DNA of 64,000 nucleotides, taken from the NCBI GenBank assembly GCA_965209065.1, contig OZ242373.1:1415384-1479383 (forward strand). The letters run 5' to 3'. Made by a program: the position numbers and the translations under genes. Positions 1 to 9,854 of this stretch are shown here, one piece after another. Each line of letters begins with the position of its first letter. The stretch's first letter is position 1. Below the pieces are notes generated by a model. It did not search any database. It was given only the letters and a program-made list of their open reading frames with translations, and was not told the origin of the DNA. Source of the DNA: Alphaproteobacteria bacterium (GTDB taxonomy: Bacteria > Pseudomonadota > Alphaproteobacteria > JAPOUT01 > G958296285).

Positions 1-202
1 GGTCGTCTTCTAAAAAGAAGGGAACAAACAGCAAGTGCGCGAGCAACAGGGCTGCCCAAATGAAAGGCACGGCAAGCGCGGATATATTGCCTTGCCCGCT
101 TAACACAAGGCTCAAAATGACGATAAGAAAAAACCCCACAGCAGCGAAGCTACTTTGCTTAAAGGCGAGCTTCACATCGCGCTTAAAAATAGCGCCGAGC
201 AT
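1..202 (-). CDS. ccmB: heme exporter protein CcmB (the C-terminal part lies outside the window, upstream of position 1)
   Basis: Reverse-strand translation from ATG at 202 gives MLGAIFKRDVKLAFKQSSFAAVGFFLIVILSLVLSGQG..., which resembles the CcmB N-terminus. It lies immediately downstream of ccmA with a 20-nt overlap. No stop codon before the window edge. Confidence 0.6.
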   Translation of the reverse strand, partial: MLGAIFKRDVKLAFKQSSFAAVGFFLIVILSLVLSGQGNISALAVPFIWAALLLAHLLFVPFFLEDD

Positions 203-773
203 TAAACTGATCCATATTGATAACCTCGCCCTGCCCGAAGTCTTTATGATGTTCGGCAATCATCACCGCGCCGCCGGTTTGTAGGTGGTTGTCAATCTCG
301 CGCTTTAATATAGTTTGGCGTTTGCTATCCAAAGAGGCAAAGGGTTCGTCTAAAAGCCACAGGGGTCGCGCAACAAGGCTCAGGCGCGCCAAAGCGACAG
401 CGCGCGCCTGACCGGCAGACAAATGCGCGGGCATTAGTCCAAGCAGATGCTGCGCGTGCCATAAGCGCAAAGCGTCTTCGGGTGGGGCATTTTTATCGCC
501 CAACAAAGCGGCAAGAAAGAGTAGGTTTTCCTCGATAGTCATTTTGGGGTTGAGTCCATTTTCGCGGGCGAGGTAGTGGAAGGGTGCGGTAATTTTCAGC
601 GCGTCAGATGTCTTGAGCAGTCCGGCGGCGAGCGCAAGCAGGCTACTTTTCCCAGCACCATTAGAGCCTTGCAGATGTAGGAGTCCGCCCTTCTCCAGCG
701 CAAAGGACAGGCGAGCAAACACGTGCGCGCTGCCGCGTGTGCAAGAAAGATTTTGTGCCAAAATAAGCGTCAT
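183..773 (-). CDS. ccmA: heme ABC exporter ATP-binding protein CcmA
   Basis: 196-aa ORF with a Walker A motif (GSNGAGKSSLL), the ABC signature LSAGQ and a Walker B motif (LWLLDEP). Its size and sequence are typical of CcmA. ccmB follows it. Confidence 0.8.
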   Translation of the reverse strand: MTLILAQNLSCTRGSAHVFARLSFALEKGGLLHLQGSNGAGKSSLLALAAGLLKTSDALKITAPFHYLARENGLNPKMTIEENLLFLAALLGDKNAPPEDALRLWHAQHLLGLMPAHLSAGQARAVALARLSLVARPLWLLDEPFASLDSKRQTILKREIDNHLQTGGAVMIAEHHKDFGQGEVINMDQFNARRYF

Positions 774-815
774 TATGCTATATATAGCGCAAGATAGAAA
801 AAGGAAGTAAAATTT

Positions 816-3521
816 ATGTTGTTAGCATCACACCCGAACAGTTTTAATTCTTTGTCGCGTTTGACGAGCGGAGGCAAGGCGTTTGATTATTTCAGCTTAC
901 CGGCGGCGGAGGCGGGGGGGTTAAAGGGCTTGAGTGCCTTACCTTTTTCCTTGCGTATTGTGCTGGAGAATTTGCTTCGCTTTGAGGACGGGCAGACGGT
1001 AACCAAGCAGGACATTGAGCGCGCGGCTTTGTGGGCGAAGGAAGAGATAGCCTATCGCCCGACGCGCGTCTTGATGCAAGATTTCACGGGCGTGCCGGCG
1101 GTGGCGGATTTGGCGGCGATGCGTGATGCGCTTGTGGCTGATGGCGGTGATGGTCAAAAGATAAACCCGCAAGTGCCGGTAGATTTGGTGATAGACCACT
1201 CGGTGATGGTGGATAGGTTTGGCACGAAAGAAGCGCTGGCGCAAAACATCAAGCGCGAATACGAGCGCAACCAAGAGCGTTATAGTTTTCTGCGTTGGGC
1301 GAGCGAGGCTTTCACTAATTTTCGTGTTGTGCCGCCGGGCGTTGGCATTTGCCATCAGGTCAATTTGGAGAATTTGGGCAAGGTTGTTTGGACGAAAGAA
1401 ACGCCAGAGGGCGGGGGCGCGGGTGCGCTTGTCTATCCTGATAGTCTTGTTGGCACGGACAGCCATACGACGATGATAAATGCGTTAGGCATTTTGGGTT
1501 GGGGCGTTGGCGGCATCGAGGCGGAGGCGGCGATGTTAGGGCAACCTATTTCTATGCTTCTGCCGGAGGTGATTGGCGTTCACCTCACGGGCGCGGCGGG
1601 CGCGGGCATTACGGCAACGGATATTGTTTTAGCGGTCACGCAAAAGTTGCGCGAAAAAAATGTGGTTGGCAAGTTTGTTGAATTTTACGGCGCAGGATTA
1701 GATTCGATGGCATTAGAAGACCGCGCGACAATTTCCAATATGGCGCCGGAATATGGCGCGACCTGTGGTTTCTTTCCGGTGGATAATAAGACATTAGATT
1801 ATTTATCAATAACCGGCAGGAGTGACACGCAGATAGAGCTTGTGCGTGATTATTTAGAGGCGCAGGGTCTTTTTCGTTCGGGCGCGAGCCAAGTGCCGAC
1901 CTTCAGCGACACGCTAGAGGTAGATTTGGGCGAGATGGAAGCAGCCCTTGCTGGACCTAAGCGTCCGCAGGATAAAGTTTTACTAAAAAACGCGTCAAGC
2001 AGTTTTGCTGGTTTGCTAACAAGCGAGTATAAAATTGAAGCCAAGCCGAGCGAGCGCGTTCAAAACGCACGCGTTCGCGTTGAAGGCAAAGATTTTGATT
2101 TAGGTCACGGCGATATTGTTATTGCGGCGATAACCTCTTGCACGAACACGTCCAACCCGCGCGTGATGTTGGGCGCGGGCTTGCTTGCGCAAAAGGCGCG
2201 GGCGCGTGGGCTGGCGACTCAGCCTTGGGTCAAGACTTCTTTGGCGCCGGGCTCGCAGGTGGTTGCCGATTATTTGCGCCACGCTAATTTACAAGAGGAG
2301 CTAGACGCTTTAGGCTTTCAGGTTGTTGGTTTTGGTTGCACGACTTGTATTGGCAATTCGGGACCTTTAGATGAGGCGATTTCCCAAACGATACAGGAGC
2401 ATAAGCTGGTTGCGTCTGCGGTTCTTTCGGGCAACCGCAATTTTGAGGGCAGGATTCACGCTGATGTGAAAGCGAATTATCTCGCTTCGCCGATGTTGGT
2501 GGTGGCTTATGCTTTGGCGGGTTCGATGTTTGCCGACCTCACGCGTGATAGTCTCGGCACGGATAGGGACGGCAAGGCGGTTTATCTAAAAGACATCTGG
2601 CCGAGCAATGAGGAAATCACCGAATGTGTGCGTAGCAATTTAAGTCAGGATATGTTTCGTGCGCGCTATGCTAATTTATTCAAGGGCGATGAGTCTTGGG
2701 CGGCGATTGAGGCGGATAAGAGCGCGGTCTATCACTGGCTTGACAGCTCCACTTATGTGCGCAAGCCGCCCTTCTTTGAGAAGAAGGCAAAAGGCGGTGA
2801 CGCAGGGCGCTCTATTGAGGGCGGTCGTGTGCTGGCTTTGCTGGAAGATTCCATTACGACCGACCATATTTCGCCGGCGGGTTCTATTGCGCCTAATTCA
2901 TCGGCGGCAAGTTATTTGGAGGAGCGTCAAGTCAGCCGCAAGGATTTCAATTCCTATGGTGCGCGGCGCGGCAATCATGAAATTATGATGCGCGGCACTT
3001 TTGCGAATGTTCGCTTGCGCAATAAAATAGCGCCCGAAACCGAAGGCGGTATGACGAAGTTATTTCCATCGGGTGAGACGCTAACAATTTTTGATGCGAG
3101 CGAGCGTTATAAGCAGGACGACACGCCTCTGGTTATTTTCGCCGGCAAGGAGTATGGCACGGGCTCTAGCCGTGATTGGGCGGCGAAGGGTCCTAGGCTT
3201 TTGGGTGTGCAGGCGGTTGTTGCTGAAAGTTTTGAGCGCATTCATCGTTCTAATTTGGTTGGCATGGGTATTTTGCCTTTACAATTTCAAGATGGCGAAA
3301 GTTGGCGTGGGCTTGGCTTAACCGGCGCAGAGGAAGTGGCGATAGATGTTCCTGATAATTTAACGCCGCGCCAAACGATAAAAGCGCGCATCACGTTTAG
3401 CGATGGCAGCGAAAAGAGCCTAGAGTTGCTCTGCCGCATTGATACGGATAATGAAGTAGAATATTATCGTTCTTTTGGCATTTTGCCTTATGTATTAGAG
3501 CGTTTAACAAAAGAGGCGTGA
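816..3521 (+). CDS. acnA: aconitate hydratase A
   Basis: 901-aa ORF with conserved aconitase motifs (…VPPGVGICHQVNLE…, …GTDSHTTM…, …SCTNTSNP…, …GCTTCIGNSGPL…, …SGNRNFEGR…). The length is typical of AcnA/IRP-family aconitases. Confidence 0.95.
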   Translation: MLLASHPNSFNSLSRLTSGGKAFDYFSLPAAEAGGLKGLSALPFSLRIVLENLLRFEDGQTVTKQDIERAALWAKEEIAYRPTRVLMQDFTGVPAVADLAAMRDALVADGGDGQKINPQVPVDLVIDHSVMVDRFGTKEALAQNIKREYERNQERYSFLRWASEAFTNFRVVPPGVGICHQVNLENLGKVVWTKETPEGGGAGALVYPDSLVGTDSHTTMINALGILGWGVGGIEAEAAMLGQPISMLLPEVIGVHLTGAAGAGITATDIVLAVTQKLREKNVVGKFVEFYGAGLDSMALEDRATISNMAPEYGATCGFFPVDNKTLDYLSITGRSDTQIELVRDYLEAQGLFRSGASQVPTFSDTLEVDLGEMEAALAGPKRPQDKVLLKNASSSFAGLLTSEYKIEAKPSERVQNARVRVEGKDFDLGHGDIVIAAITSCTNTSNPRVMLGAGLLAQKARARGLATQPWVKTSLAPGSQVVADYLRHANLQEELDALGFQVVGFGCTTCIGNSGPLDEAISQTIQEHKLVASAVLSGNRNFEGRIHADVKANYLASPMLVVAYALAGSMFADLTRDSLGTDRDGKAVYLKDIWPSNEEITECVRSNLSQDMFRARYANLFKGDESWAAIEADKSAVYHWLDSSTYVRKPPFFEKKAKGGDAGRSIEGGRVLALLEDSITTDHISPAGSIAPNSSAASYLEERQVSRKDFNSYGARRGNHEIMMRGTFANVRLRNKIAPETEGGMTKLFPSGETLTIFDASERYKQDDTPLVIFAGKEYGTGSSRDWAAKGPRLLGVQAVVAESFERIHRSNLVGMGILPLQFQDGESWRGLGLTGAEEVAIDVPDNLTPRQTIKARITFSDGSEKSLELLCRIDTDNEVEYYRSFGILPYVLERLTKEA

Positions 3522-4231
3522 TGAGAAAAATTATTTTTGCTTTTGCTTTGCTTGTCGCTTTTGGCGTGTGGGGGGAAAGTGTTGCCAAACAGTCGCCTGT
3601 GCTAATAGAGCTTTACACGAGTCAAGGGTGTTCCTCTTGTCCGCCGGCGGATAGGTTTGCCGGCGAGCTTGCCAAGCGTTCCGATGTGGTTGTTCTTTCC
3701 TTGCCTGTCACCTATTGGGATAGGCTTGGCTGGAAAGATAGCCTCGCTTCGCCGCAATGGACGAAACGCCAGCGGCGTTATGCGAGTCGTATGGGTGAAC
3801 GGATTGTCTATACGCCGCAGATGGTAATTGATGGCAAATTCCATGCGGTTGGCTCTAGTCGTGCTAAAGTTTACCGCCTTATTAAGCAGAGGCGAAATGA
3901 GAATAAGCAAGCACCAATTATTCAAGTGAAGCAAATTGGGAACAAACTATTATTGACAATTAACCCAACGGCGAAGCCTAAAAAGGTATTAAAAGTTTGG
4001 CGCGTTGATTTCATTAGAAAAAAACCTGTAGCGATTGGTTCGGGAGAAAATGGTGGCAGAACGGTTACTTACTATCATGTTGCGCGCCATTTAAGCGCCC
4101 TATCTAACTGGCAAGGCGAGGCAAAGAAGCAGAAGCTAAAAATTAAATCCCACACCGATGGCGTTGCTTTTTTTATACAAGAAGAAAATCACGGCGAAGT
4201 GTTAGCGAGTGCTTCTATTTTATTAAAATAA
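3518..4231 (+). CDS. DUF1223-family secreted thioredoxin-like protein (CxxC)
   Basis: 237-aa ORF whose start overlaps the acnA stop (ATGATGA). It has an N-terminal signal peptide (MMRKIIFAFALLVAFGVWG) and an ELYTSQGCSSCPPAD motif typical of DUF1223. Confidence 0.65.
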   Translation: MMRKIIFAFALLVAFGVWGESVAKQSPVLIELYTSQGCSSCPPADRFAGELAKRSDVVVLSLPVTYWDRLGWKDSLASPQWTKRQRRYASRMGERIVYTPQMVIDGKFHAVGSSRAKVYRLIKQRRNENKQAPIIQVKQIGNKLLLTINPTAKPKKVLKVWRVDFIRKKPVAIGSGENGGRTVTYYHVARHLSALSNWQGEAKKQKLKIKSHTDGVAFFIQEENHGEVLASASILLK

Positions 4232-5320
4232 TTATTTTCTTTTTGTTTTTTGGAGATGTCGCGGGTGCAGGATAATTCTTTTGGCTTGCTCGGTTGGCAG
4301 AAGAAACGCAAAATTTTGTAAATGATGTTGTATTTTCTTCGCTTGCGCTTGAGCTTTTAGACTTGTCGCGCGGGCGGTTATTTTAGCCCAGTAGCCTGAT
4401 GCGTGGCGTTGAATTTCAAGAATAAGAGCAAGCCCCGAGAAGCTTTCAAAAATCACAATATGCGGGCGATTAAATTTAACTTTATCGAGAGGTTGAACCG
4501 CGCGAAAGCGCAGTGCTTTGATATTTTTTTCCACCGCCGCGATGCGTTTTTTATCATAGGTGCCTACCAAAGGAAGCCCGCGCCTATCACTCACCGCCCA
4601 ATTCTCTTGAGGGTTCTGCCGTTTTAATATCCACCCTTTTTTGCGATAGAGAGAAAACTGCACTTTGGTTAGGTGGAAGGGTTGATAACTGGCATCTTCG
4701 TTAAGCCATCGGGTTAAAAAATTGAGGTCAATCCAATCTTGCATATTGGTCCGCAGAGGCAGCGCGCCGCGCGCGAGGTAGCTTTGGTTTTCTCCTTCGC
4801 GGCGCACATAGATGGAGGATTGCCCGAACACATCGCCAATGGCTTCAGGGCGATGACCCACTAAAAAGCTTGCGCGTTTTTTATTTTTTGGCTTAAAGGT
4901 GTAGAAGGTAATTCTAATGGCTGGTCCTAATTTATCGGGCGCAATGAGTCCTAGTTTCGTCAATTCGGCTTTAGAATTCCCGCGTTTTGCTTCTACTTTC
5001 AATGTGGCGACCCCATAGAGAAGGCGATTGGTTAGCTCTTGTTTAGCGAAGAAATTGTTAGCTTGGCGAATACGAAAAAAGGTTTCATTTTTTTCGCGCC
5101 AAAGCGTTATTTTTTGAGTGCCAGAAAGTCCGCGTCCTATTTCTAGTTGCATTATTTTAATTTGCTTCGTTTGCTGGGCGAGTTTGGGAAAAAGTAAAAA
5201 ATGTTGAAAATGTTTTTGCGTGAGTCGTTGATTTTCTTGAACGACAACGAGCCAAGTAATTCCAACGATAATAAGCGTAAAGGCTGTTAAAAAGTAAAAA
5301 ATGCGATTAATTTTATACAT
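4232..5320 (-). CDS. DUF4340-like protein, the usual partner of GldG-type ABC auxiliary proteins
   Basis: 362-aa ORF with an N-terminal transmembrane helix. It is the last gene of a co-directional cluster with a GldG-like protein. It starts 13 nt after the stop of the upstream ORF. No catalytic motifs were recognised. Confidence 0.45.
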   Translation of the reverse strand: MYKINRIFYFLTAFTLIIVGITWLVVVQENQRLTQKHFQHFLLFPKLAQQTKQIKIMQLEIGRGLSGTQKITLWREKNETFFRIRQANNFFAKQELTNRLLYGVATLKVEAKRGNSKAELTKLGLIAPDKLGPAIRITFYTFKPKNKKRASFLVGHRPEAIGDVFGQSSIYVRREGENQSYLARGALPLRTNMQDWIDLNFLTRWLNEDASYQPFHLTKVQFSLYRKKGWILKRQNPQENWAVSDRRGLPLVGTYDKKRIAAVEKNIKALRFRAVQPLDKVKFNRPHIVIFESFSGLALILEIQRHASGYWAKITARATSLKAQAQAKKIQHHLQNFAFLLPTEQAKRIILHPRHLQKTKRK

Positions 5321-5335
5321 TGCTTGTTTCCGCGA

Positions 5336-7210
5336 TTATTTCCGATAATGAGATTTTTTAAGCCACAAAGAAACCATTACCAAAAACAATAGGGCAACAG
5401 GAATAAAAAAGATATTAAAAAATTTGACCCATTGCCCGAGCGTTTCGATGTCGCGATTCAGCTCACGGCGCACCGAATGGAGTGCCTTACGCGAAGCAAG
5501 GAGTTCTCTTTCCAAGCCAAGCAGTTGTTCTTGTCCTGTTTGTGTTTTTTCGGGAGCATTGCCAAACTTGGCTAATCTTTGCTGTATGGTTTGAATTTTT
5601 TGTCTTAGTTGATATTCTTCGCGAGCGAGTTTTTGCGATGCCTGCTGCCGCAGGGCATCGACTTGAGTAAAAGAGCGTGTTTCGGGCGAGCGCGCGCGCA
5701 GGGTTATCAAAGCGTCATTGCCCATCAGGGCATCGAGCGCATTGAGAATAAACGTAGCATTATCAGCCGTTGGGACAATAATGCCCCTTTGATAATAGGA
5801 CATATTAACCCAAAAGCGTTTTTCTAACAGGTCGCTATCGGCAACGAGAATAATTTCGGTCGGTTTGATACTTTGATTAACGTGAGGTAGAAAGGTTTCG
5901 CCTTTTTGTTTTCTTCTTTTGGGCGGGGTGCGAAAAGCGCTTGTAAGTGTGCCTGATAGTTTTGCGGCGAGAATATATTTTTTGTGCGCCGCGCGAAAAG
6001 CTGCGAGCAAATCATCGGGGGTGCGGGGGGTTTGAATATACTTTGTTGAAAAAAGCATACTATTGTCGGAACTTGTAATGAGCGGTTTGAATTGCGCTGT
6101 GATATTTTGTTTTGGCAAAAAGTGTCCGCTGGTAGCGAGATTAATGTTGCTCAAGCCACGCGTGATAACCTCCTCTTGTGAGATGCTATTTTTATTGGCG
6201 CCGAGCCATAAGATATAATCGCGCTCTATCATACTTTTTCTCAAGCTATCCTGCTGGACGACTCTCTGCGCGAGGGTTCTATCAGCAACCACATCGCGTG
6301 TTTCATACTGAATGCCCCACGCGCTTAGCAGGGGTTCGAGGCTAGAGGTAAGCCCGAGTCCTTTAATTTTTTTTCCGCTTTGATTAACCAGCTTGCTTAT
6401 TTCGCAATAGGGATCGACTAGAAGTAAAATTTTTCCTCCCCGCAAAACGAATTGATCAATCGCATAAAGGGTTTGGCGATTAAGTTTTTTGGGGTGAGCG
6501 ATAAATAGAGTTTGAATGCGTGAAGGCACTTCGCGGATATTTTGCTCTAAAAACTCTAATTGAAAGTGAGCGGCAAGCTGGTTATAAATCAAAAAAGGTT
6601 TGGCTCTTCCTTGTAAGGCGGCGGGCAGCCCTTCGATACCGGTATCTAGCGGCAGACTAGAGATAACCCCAACACTTGGCTTCTCTTCTTGTTCGAGGGC
6701 ATGCATTATTTGTATCAGGTCATATTCGAGCTGATGTTGTCGTTCAATGCTAAAGCTAGGAATAGTTTCAACGCCGCCCTGTCTATTTTCTGCGACCAAG
6801 CCAAAGTAGAGCGGCGTATCGTCAATGGTGGCAAGGGGTCGCAAGCCATAGCTAAGCGCCCTATCCTCATTTTGACTAAAGGGTTCGGGGTCAATATATT
6901 GAATTCTAACTCTGCCTTGAGCGTGTTTTTCTATTTCCAATAGTAGCCCACGGGTTCTTTGGCTAAAATTTCTAATCGCGGGATAGGTTTGGGATAATTT
7001 TTGTGAGAAGAATAATTTTATTTCTATGGGTTGGTTAAGGTTTTGTAAAATGCTTTTACTTCCTTCGGTGAGAGTCCAAAGTTTTTTTTCTGTTAAATCA
7101 ACTTTGATGGGGCGCAGTAAAATTTGAGACAAAACGAGCGCAGCAAGAAAGCTAACAAACAAAAGTGTCAAAACAATGATGTGGAGTAAATGGTATTTTT
7201 TAGCTTTCAT
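5336..7210 (-). CDS. GldG-family ABC-transporter auxiliary protein
   Basis: 624-aa ORF with N- and C-terminal transmembrane helices flanking a large soluble domain. It overlaps the upstream ABC-2 permease gene by 11 nt. The architecture is that of the GldG / ABC_transp_aux family. Confidence 0.7.
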   Translation of the reverse strand: MKAKKYHLLHIIVLTLLFVSFLAALVLSQILLRPIKVDLTEKKLWTLTEGSKSILQNLNQPIEIKLFFSQKLSQTYPAIRNFSQRTRGLLLEIEKHAQGRVRIQYIDPEPFSQNEDRALSYGLRPLATIDDTPLYFGLVAENRQGGVETIPSFSIERQHQLEYDLIQIMHALEQEEKPSVGVISSLPLDTGIEGLPAALQGRAKPFLIYNQLAAHFQLEFLEQNIREVPSRIQTLFIAHPKKLNRQTLYAIDQFVLRGGKILLLVDPYCEISKLVNQSGKKIKGLGLTSSLEPLLSAWGIQYETRDVVADRTLAQRVVQQDSLRKSMIERDYILWLGANKNSISQEEVITRGLSNINLATSGHFLPKQNITAQFKPLITSSDNSMLFSTKYIQTPRTPDDLLAAFRAAHKKYILAAKLSGTLTSAFRTPPKRRKQKGETFLPHVNQSIKPTEIILVADSDLLEKRFWVNMSYYQRGIIVPTADNATFILNALDALMGNDALITLRARSPETRSFTQVDALRQQASQKLAREEYQLRQKIQTIQQRLAKFGNAPEKTQTGQEQLLGLERELLASRKALHSVRRELNRDIETLGQWVKFFNIFFIPVALLFLVMVSLWLKKSHYRK

Positions 7211-7988
7211 TGCTATTACTATTTTTAGAATTCTGTGTTGAAATGTTTTCTAGCCGAGCGCCTGTCTGCCAGTCAATCAATAGAGCGGTGAGGATAAGCC
7301 AAACAAGAATATGAACAAAAAAGAAAGCGATGTCAGCTAAATTGATAACGCCTAAAATAATAGAATCAAAGTGGCTCAAGAAGCTAATCGCGGCAAGCGT
7401 TTCTAAAAATAGCGGCGGCAGCGTATGGGCGAGCAAGTCTAAAGCGATAGGCCACCCTAGAATAACAAAGAGCGCGCACACGCTTGCGCCAAGCACAAAA
7501 GCGATAACCTGATTACGCGTCAAAGCAGACATAGCAGAGCAAATGGCTAAATAAGCCCCCGCCATTAAAAAACTAGCGAGATAACTTGCGAGGATAAGAC
7601 CATTATCAGGATTGCCGAGATAATTCACGCTCACCCAAATGGGAAAGGTCATCACTAAAATGAACGCGGAGAAAACCCACGCGGCGCAAAATTTTCCTAG
7701 CACCATACTCATCAAGGGCAAGGGCCAGGTGAGAAGCAGCTCTAGCGTGCCTTGTTGTTTTTCCTCCGCCCACAACCGCATAGCGATGGCGGGCATAAAA
7801 AACAGGAAGAGCCACGGATGAAAAGCGAAGAAGACATCAAGGCTTGCTTGCTCATTCTCATAAAAGTTCCCCAAGTAAAAGGTAGCCGATTGCAAAATAA
7901 TGAGAAAAGCAATAGCAACGATAAGGGCGATGGGTGCTTCAATAAAGCCTCTGAGCTCTCGTAGGAATATGGCGCGAAAGGGGGTCAT
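7200..7988 (-). CDS. ABC-2 type transporter permease (GldF-like)
   Basis: 262-aa hydrophobic ORF with about six predicted transmembrane segments. It overlaps the ATPase gene by 4 nt (ATGA). Confidence 0.7.
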   Translation of the reverse strand: MTPFRAIFLRELRGFIEAPIALIVAIAFLIILQSATFYLGNFYENEQASLDVFFAFHPWLFLFFMPAIAMRLWAEEKQQGTLELLLTWPLPLMSMVLGKFCAAWVFSAFILVMTFPIWVSVNYLGNPDNGLILASYLASFLMAGAYLAICSAMSALTRNQVIAFVLGASVCALFVILGWPIALDLLAHTLPPLFLETLAAISFLSHFDSIILGVINLADIAFFFVHILVWLILTALLIDWQTGARLENISTQNSKNSNSNES

Positions 7989-8998
7989 ATTTTTTTCTTT
8001 TGCTCCCCATTTTTTTCTTCTGAAGGATTAACGATATGATAGAAAACATCTTCAAGTCTGCCTCCTTCTACCGCTAAAGAGCGCAGGGGAATATTTTCTT
8101 TATTGGCTTGGTGTCGTATTTCTTGGGCGATTTTTTCGCCTTGCTGATTTGCTTTCGGAAAAAAGGTAATGCGTGTTTCGTTTCCTTTGACGCGGGTTTC
8201 GAGAGAGAGCACAGATTTATTATTTTGAAAAATATCGACAAGTTTTTGCTGGTTGCGCGTAGCGACGCGCGCGGATACCGCATTATAGTATTTAGACCGC
8301 GCGGCGAAAGCGGCGGGGGTTTCATCGACGAGCACATTTCCTTTATGCATAATCAGCACACGGGTGCAAAGGGGTTCGACTTCTTCTAGGATATGAGTTG
8401 AAACAATAATCGCTTTCGTTTTAGCCATAGAGCGAATGAGGGAACGGACATAGCGTTTTTGGTTTGGGTCTAGACCATCGGTTGGTTCATCGAGGACAAG
8501 CACCGGCGGGTTGTGAAAGATAGCTTGGGCGAGTCCGACGCGTCTTCTAAAGCCTTTAGACAAATTGGCGATGGGTTCGAAAACGACTTCGCTCAAGTCG
8601 GCGAGCTCGATGGCTTGCTCGATAGCTTTATTAGCTTCTTTGTTTGAGAGTCCGCGCGCGCGCGCAGCGAAGCGCAGGAGATATAGGACGGGCAGGTCGT
8701 GCCACAAGGGAGCGCCTTCGGGCAAATAGCCGAGCATTTTTTTAGCGGCGATAGGTTTATCAGCGACATTACATCCTTTAAGATAGATATTGCCGGCAGA
8801 AGGTCTAAGGAAGCCGGCGATCATTCTCATTGTCGTAGTTTTACCTGCGCCATTGGGGCCCATAACGCCAAGGACCTCGCCGACTTTAACATCAAAAGAG
8901 ATGTGATTGACAGCGCGAATATTGCCAAAGAATTTAGCAACTTTCTCTAAGCGGATAAATGGTTCGTCTAGATTTTGCTGGCTTATTTTTTCTGCCAT
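7985..8998 (-). CDS. ABC transporter ATP-binding protein (GldA-like, with C-terminal extension)
   Basis: 337-aa ORF with Walker A (GPNGAGKTTT), the signature LSKGFRRR and Walker B (VLVLDEPT). It is the first gene of a four-gene minus-strand cluster. Confidence 0.85.
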   Translation of the reverse strand: MAEKISQQNLDEPFIRLEKVAKFFGNIRAVNHISFDVKVGEVLGVMGPNGAGKTTTMRMIAGFLRPSAGNIYLKGCNVADKPIAAKKMLGYLPEGAPLWHDLPVLYLLRFAARARGLSNKEANKAIEQAIELADLSEVVFEPIANLSKGFRRRVGLAQAIFHNPPVLVLDEPTDGLDPNQKRYVRSLIRSMAKTKAIIVSTHILEEVEPLCTRVLIMHKGNVLVDETPAAFAARSKYYNAVSARVATRNQQKLVDIFQNNKSVLSLETRVKGNETRITFFPKANQQGEKIAQEIRHQANKENIPLRSLAVEGGRLEDVFYHIVNPSEEKNGEQKKKI

Positions 8999-9030
8999 TT
9001 TGCTTTACGTGTCCTTCGGGTTGATGATTC

Positions 9031-9045
9031 ATATAATATAGCACT
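9031..9045 (-). promoter_or_regulatory. putative -10 element (TATATT/TATTAT) and AAGGA Shine-Dalgarno sequence for the GldAFG-like ABC cluster
   Basis: Minus-strand reading gives tagtgcTATATTATatgaatcatcaacccgAAGGAcacgtaaagcaaaATG. Any -35 element would overlap the upstream terminator. Confidence 0.3.
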
Positions 9046-9082
9046 AAAAACCCCCGCATAGCGTGCGGGGGTTCGTTTTTTA
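9046..9082 (-). terminator. rho-independent terminator of the BI-1/YccA-family gene
   Basis: Minus strand has the GC-rich hairpin cccccgcacgctatgcggggg followed by TTTTTAG, immediately after the stop codon at 9099. Confidence 0.65.
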
Positions 9083-9098
9083 ATTAAAAGAAATAAAT

Positions 9099-9824
9099 TT
9101 ATTTTCTATCACCAAAGAACTGGAGCATAAAGAGGAACATATTGAGGAAGTTAATATAAAGCGAGAGTGCGCCAAGCACGACACTTCGGCTAAGCATAGC
9201 GCTCGCGGCACTTCCCATTTGGCTAAGCTGTAGGTAAGTATTTTTGAGTCTTTGGACGTCCCATGCGGTAATGCCGGCAAAGAGCAGCACGCCAATAGCG
9301 GAGATGGCATAATGAAGCGTGGTGCTTTGCATAAATAAATTGACAATCATAGTCACGAGCAGCCCGATAAGAGCAATCATAAAGAAAGTTGAAAGCGGCG
9401 ATAGGTCTCGTTTGGTTGTATATCCATAGAAGGCGCAAGCGGAGAAAGTAATCGCGGTAATGAGAAAAACACGCGCGATAGATTGACCTGTATAAAGCAA
9501 GGAGACATAGCCGAGCGAGAACCCTTCTAAAACGATAAAGCTCCAGAACAAAATTTGGAGGGTGGATTGCTGTAAAGTATTCACCTTAAACATAAGAAAG
9601 AACAAAATGCCGAGAGGCGCAAAGTTCAGCACGAACAGGAGCGCGGGATAATTTTGCGCGAGGGTTAGATAATATCCGCTTGCGGCGGCGAGATAAGCAA
9701 CGCCCCCAGAAACAAGAAGAGATAGAGCCATCAAGTTAAAGACTTGAGACATATACTTACGCAAGCCTTGGTCGACCATTTCGCTTGTTTGAGCGTGGGT
9801 CATATTTTTATCAAAATCTGCCAT
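9099..9824 (-). CDS. Bax inhibitor-1 / YccA family inner-membrane protein
   Basis: 241-aa ORF with seven predicted transmembrane segments. Its length and hydrophobic pattern are typical of BI-1/YccA proteins. An AGGAGG sequence lies 6 nt upstream of the ATG. Confidence 0.8.
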   Translation of the reverse strand: MADFDKNMTHAQTSEMVDQGLRKYMSQVFNLMALSLLVSGGVAYLAAASGYYLTLAQNYPALLFVLNFAPLGILFFLMFKVNTLQQSTLQILFWSFIVLEGFSLGYVSLLYTGQSIARVFLITAITFSACAFYGYTTKRDLSPLSTFFMIALIGLLVTMIVNLFMQSTTLHYAISAIGVLLFAGITAWDVQRLKNTYLQLSQMGSAASAMLSRSVVLGALSLYINFLNMFLFMLQFFGDRK

Positions 9825-9854
9825 TTTAGACCTCCTAGTGTTTGTCTATATTTT

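Noticed and set aside
60-284. 74-aa plus-strand ORF at 60..284
   Set aside because: It lies antisense to the ccmB and ccmA coding sequence, which carry clear ABC and CcmB signatures. No ribosome-binding site was seen.
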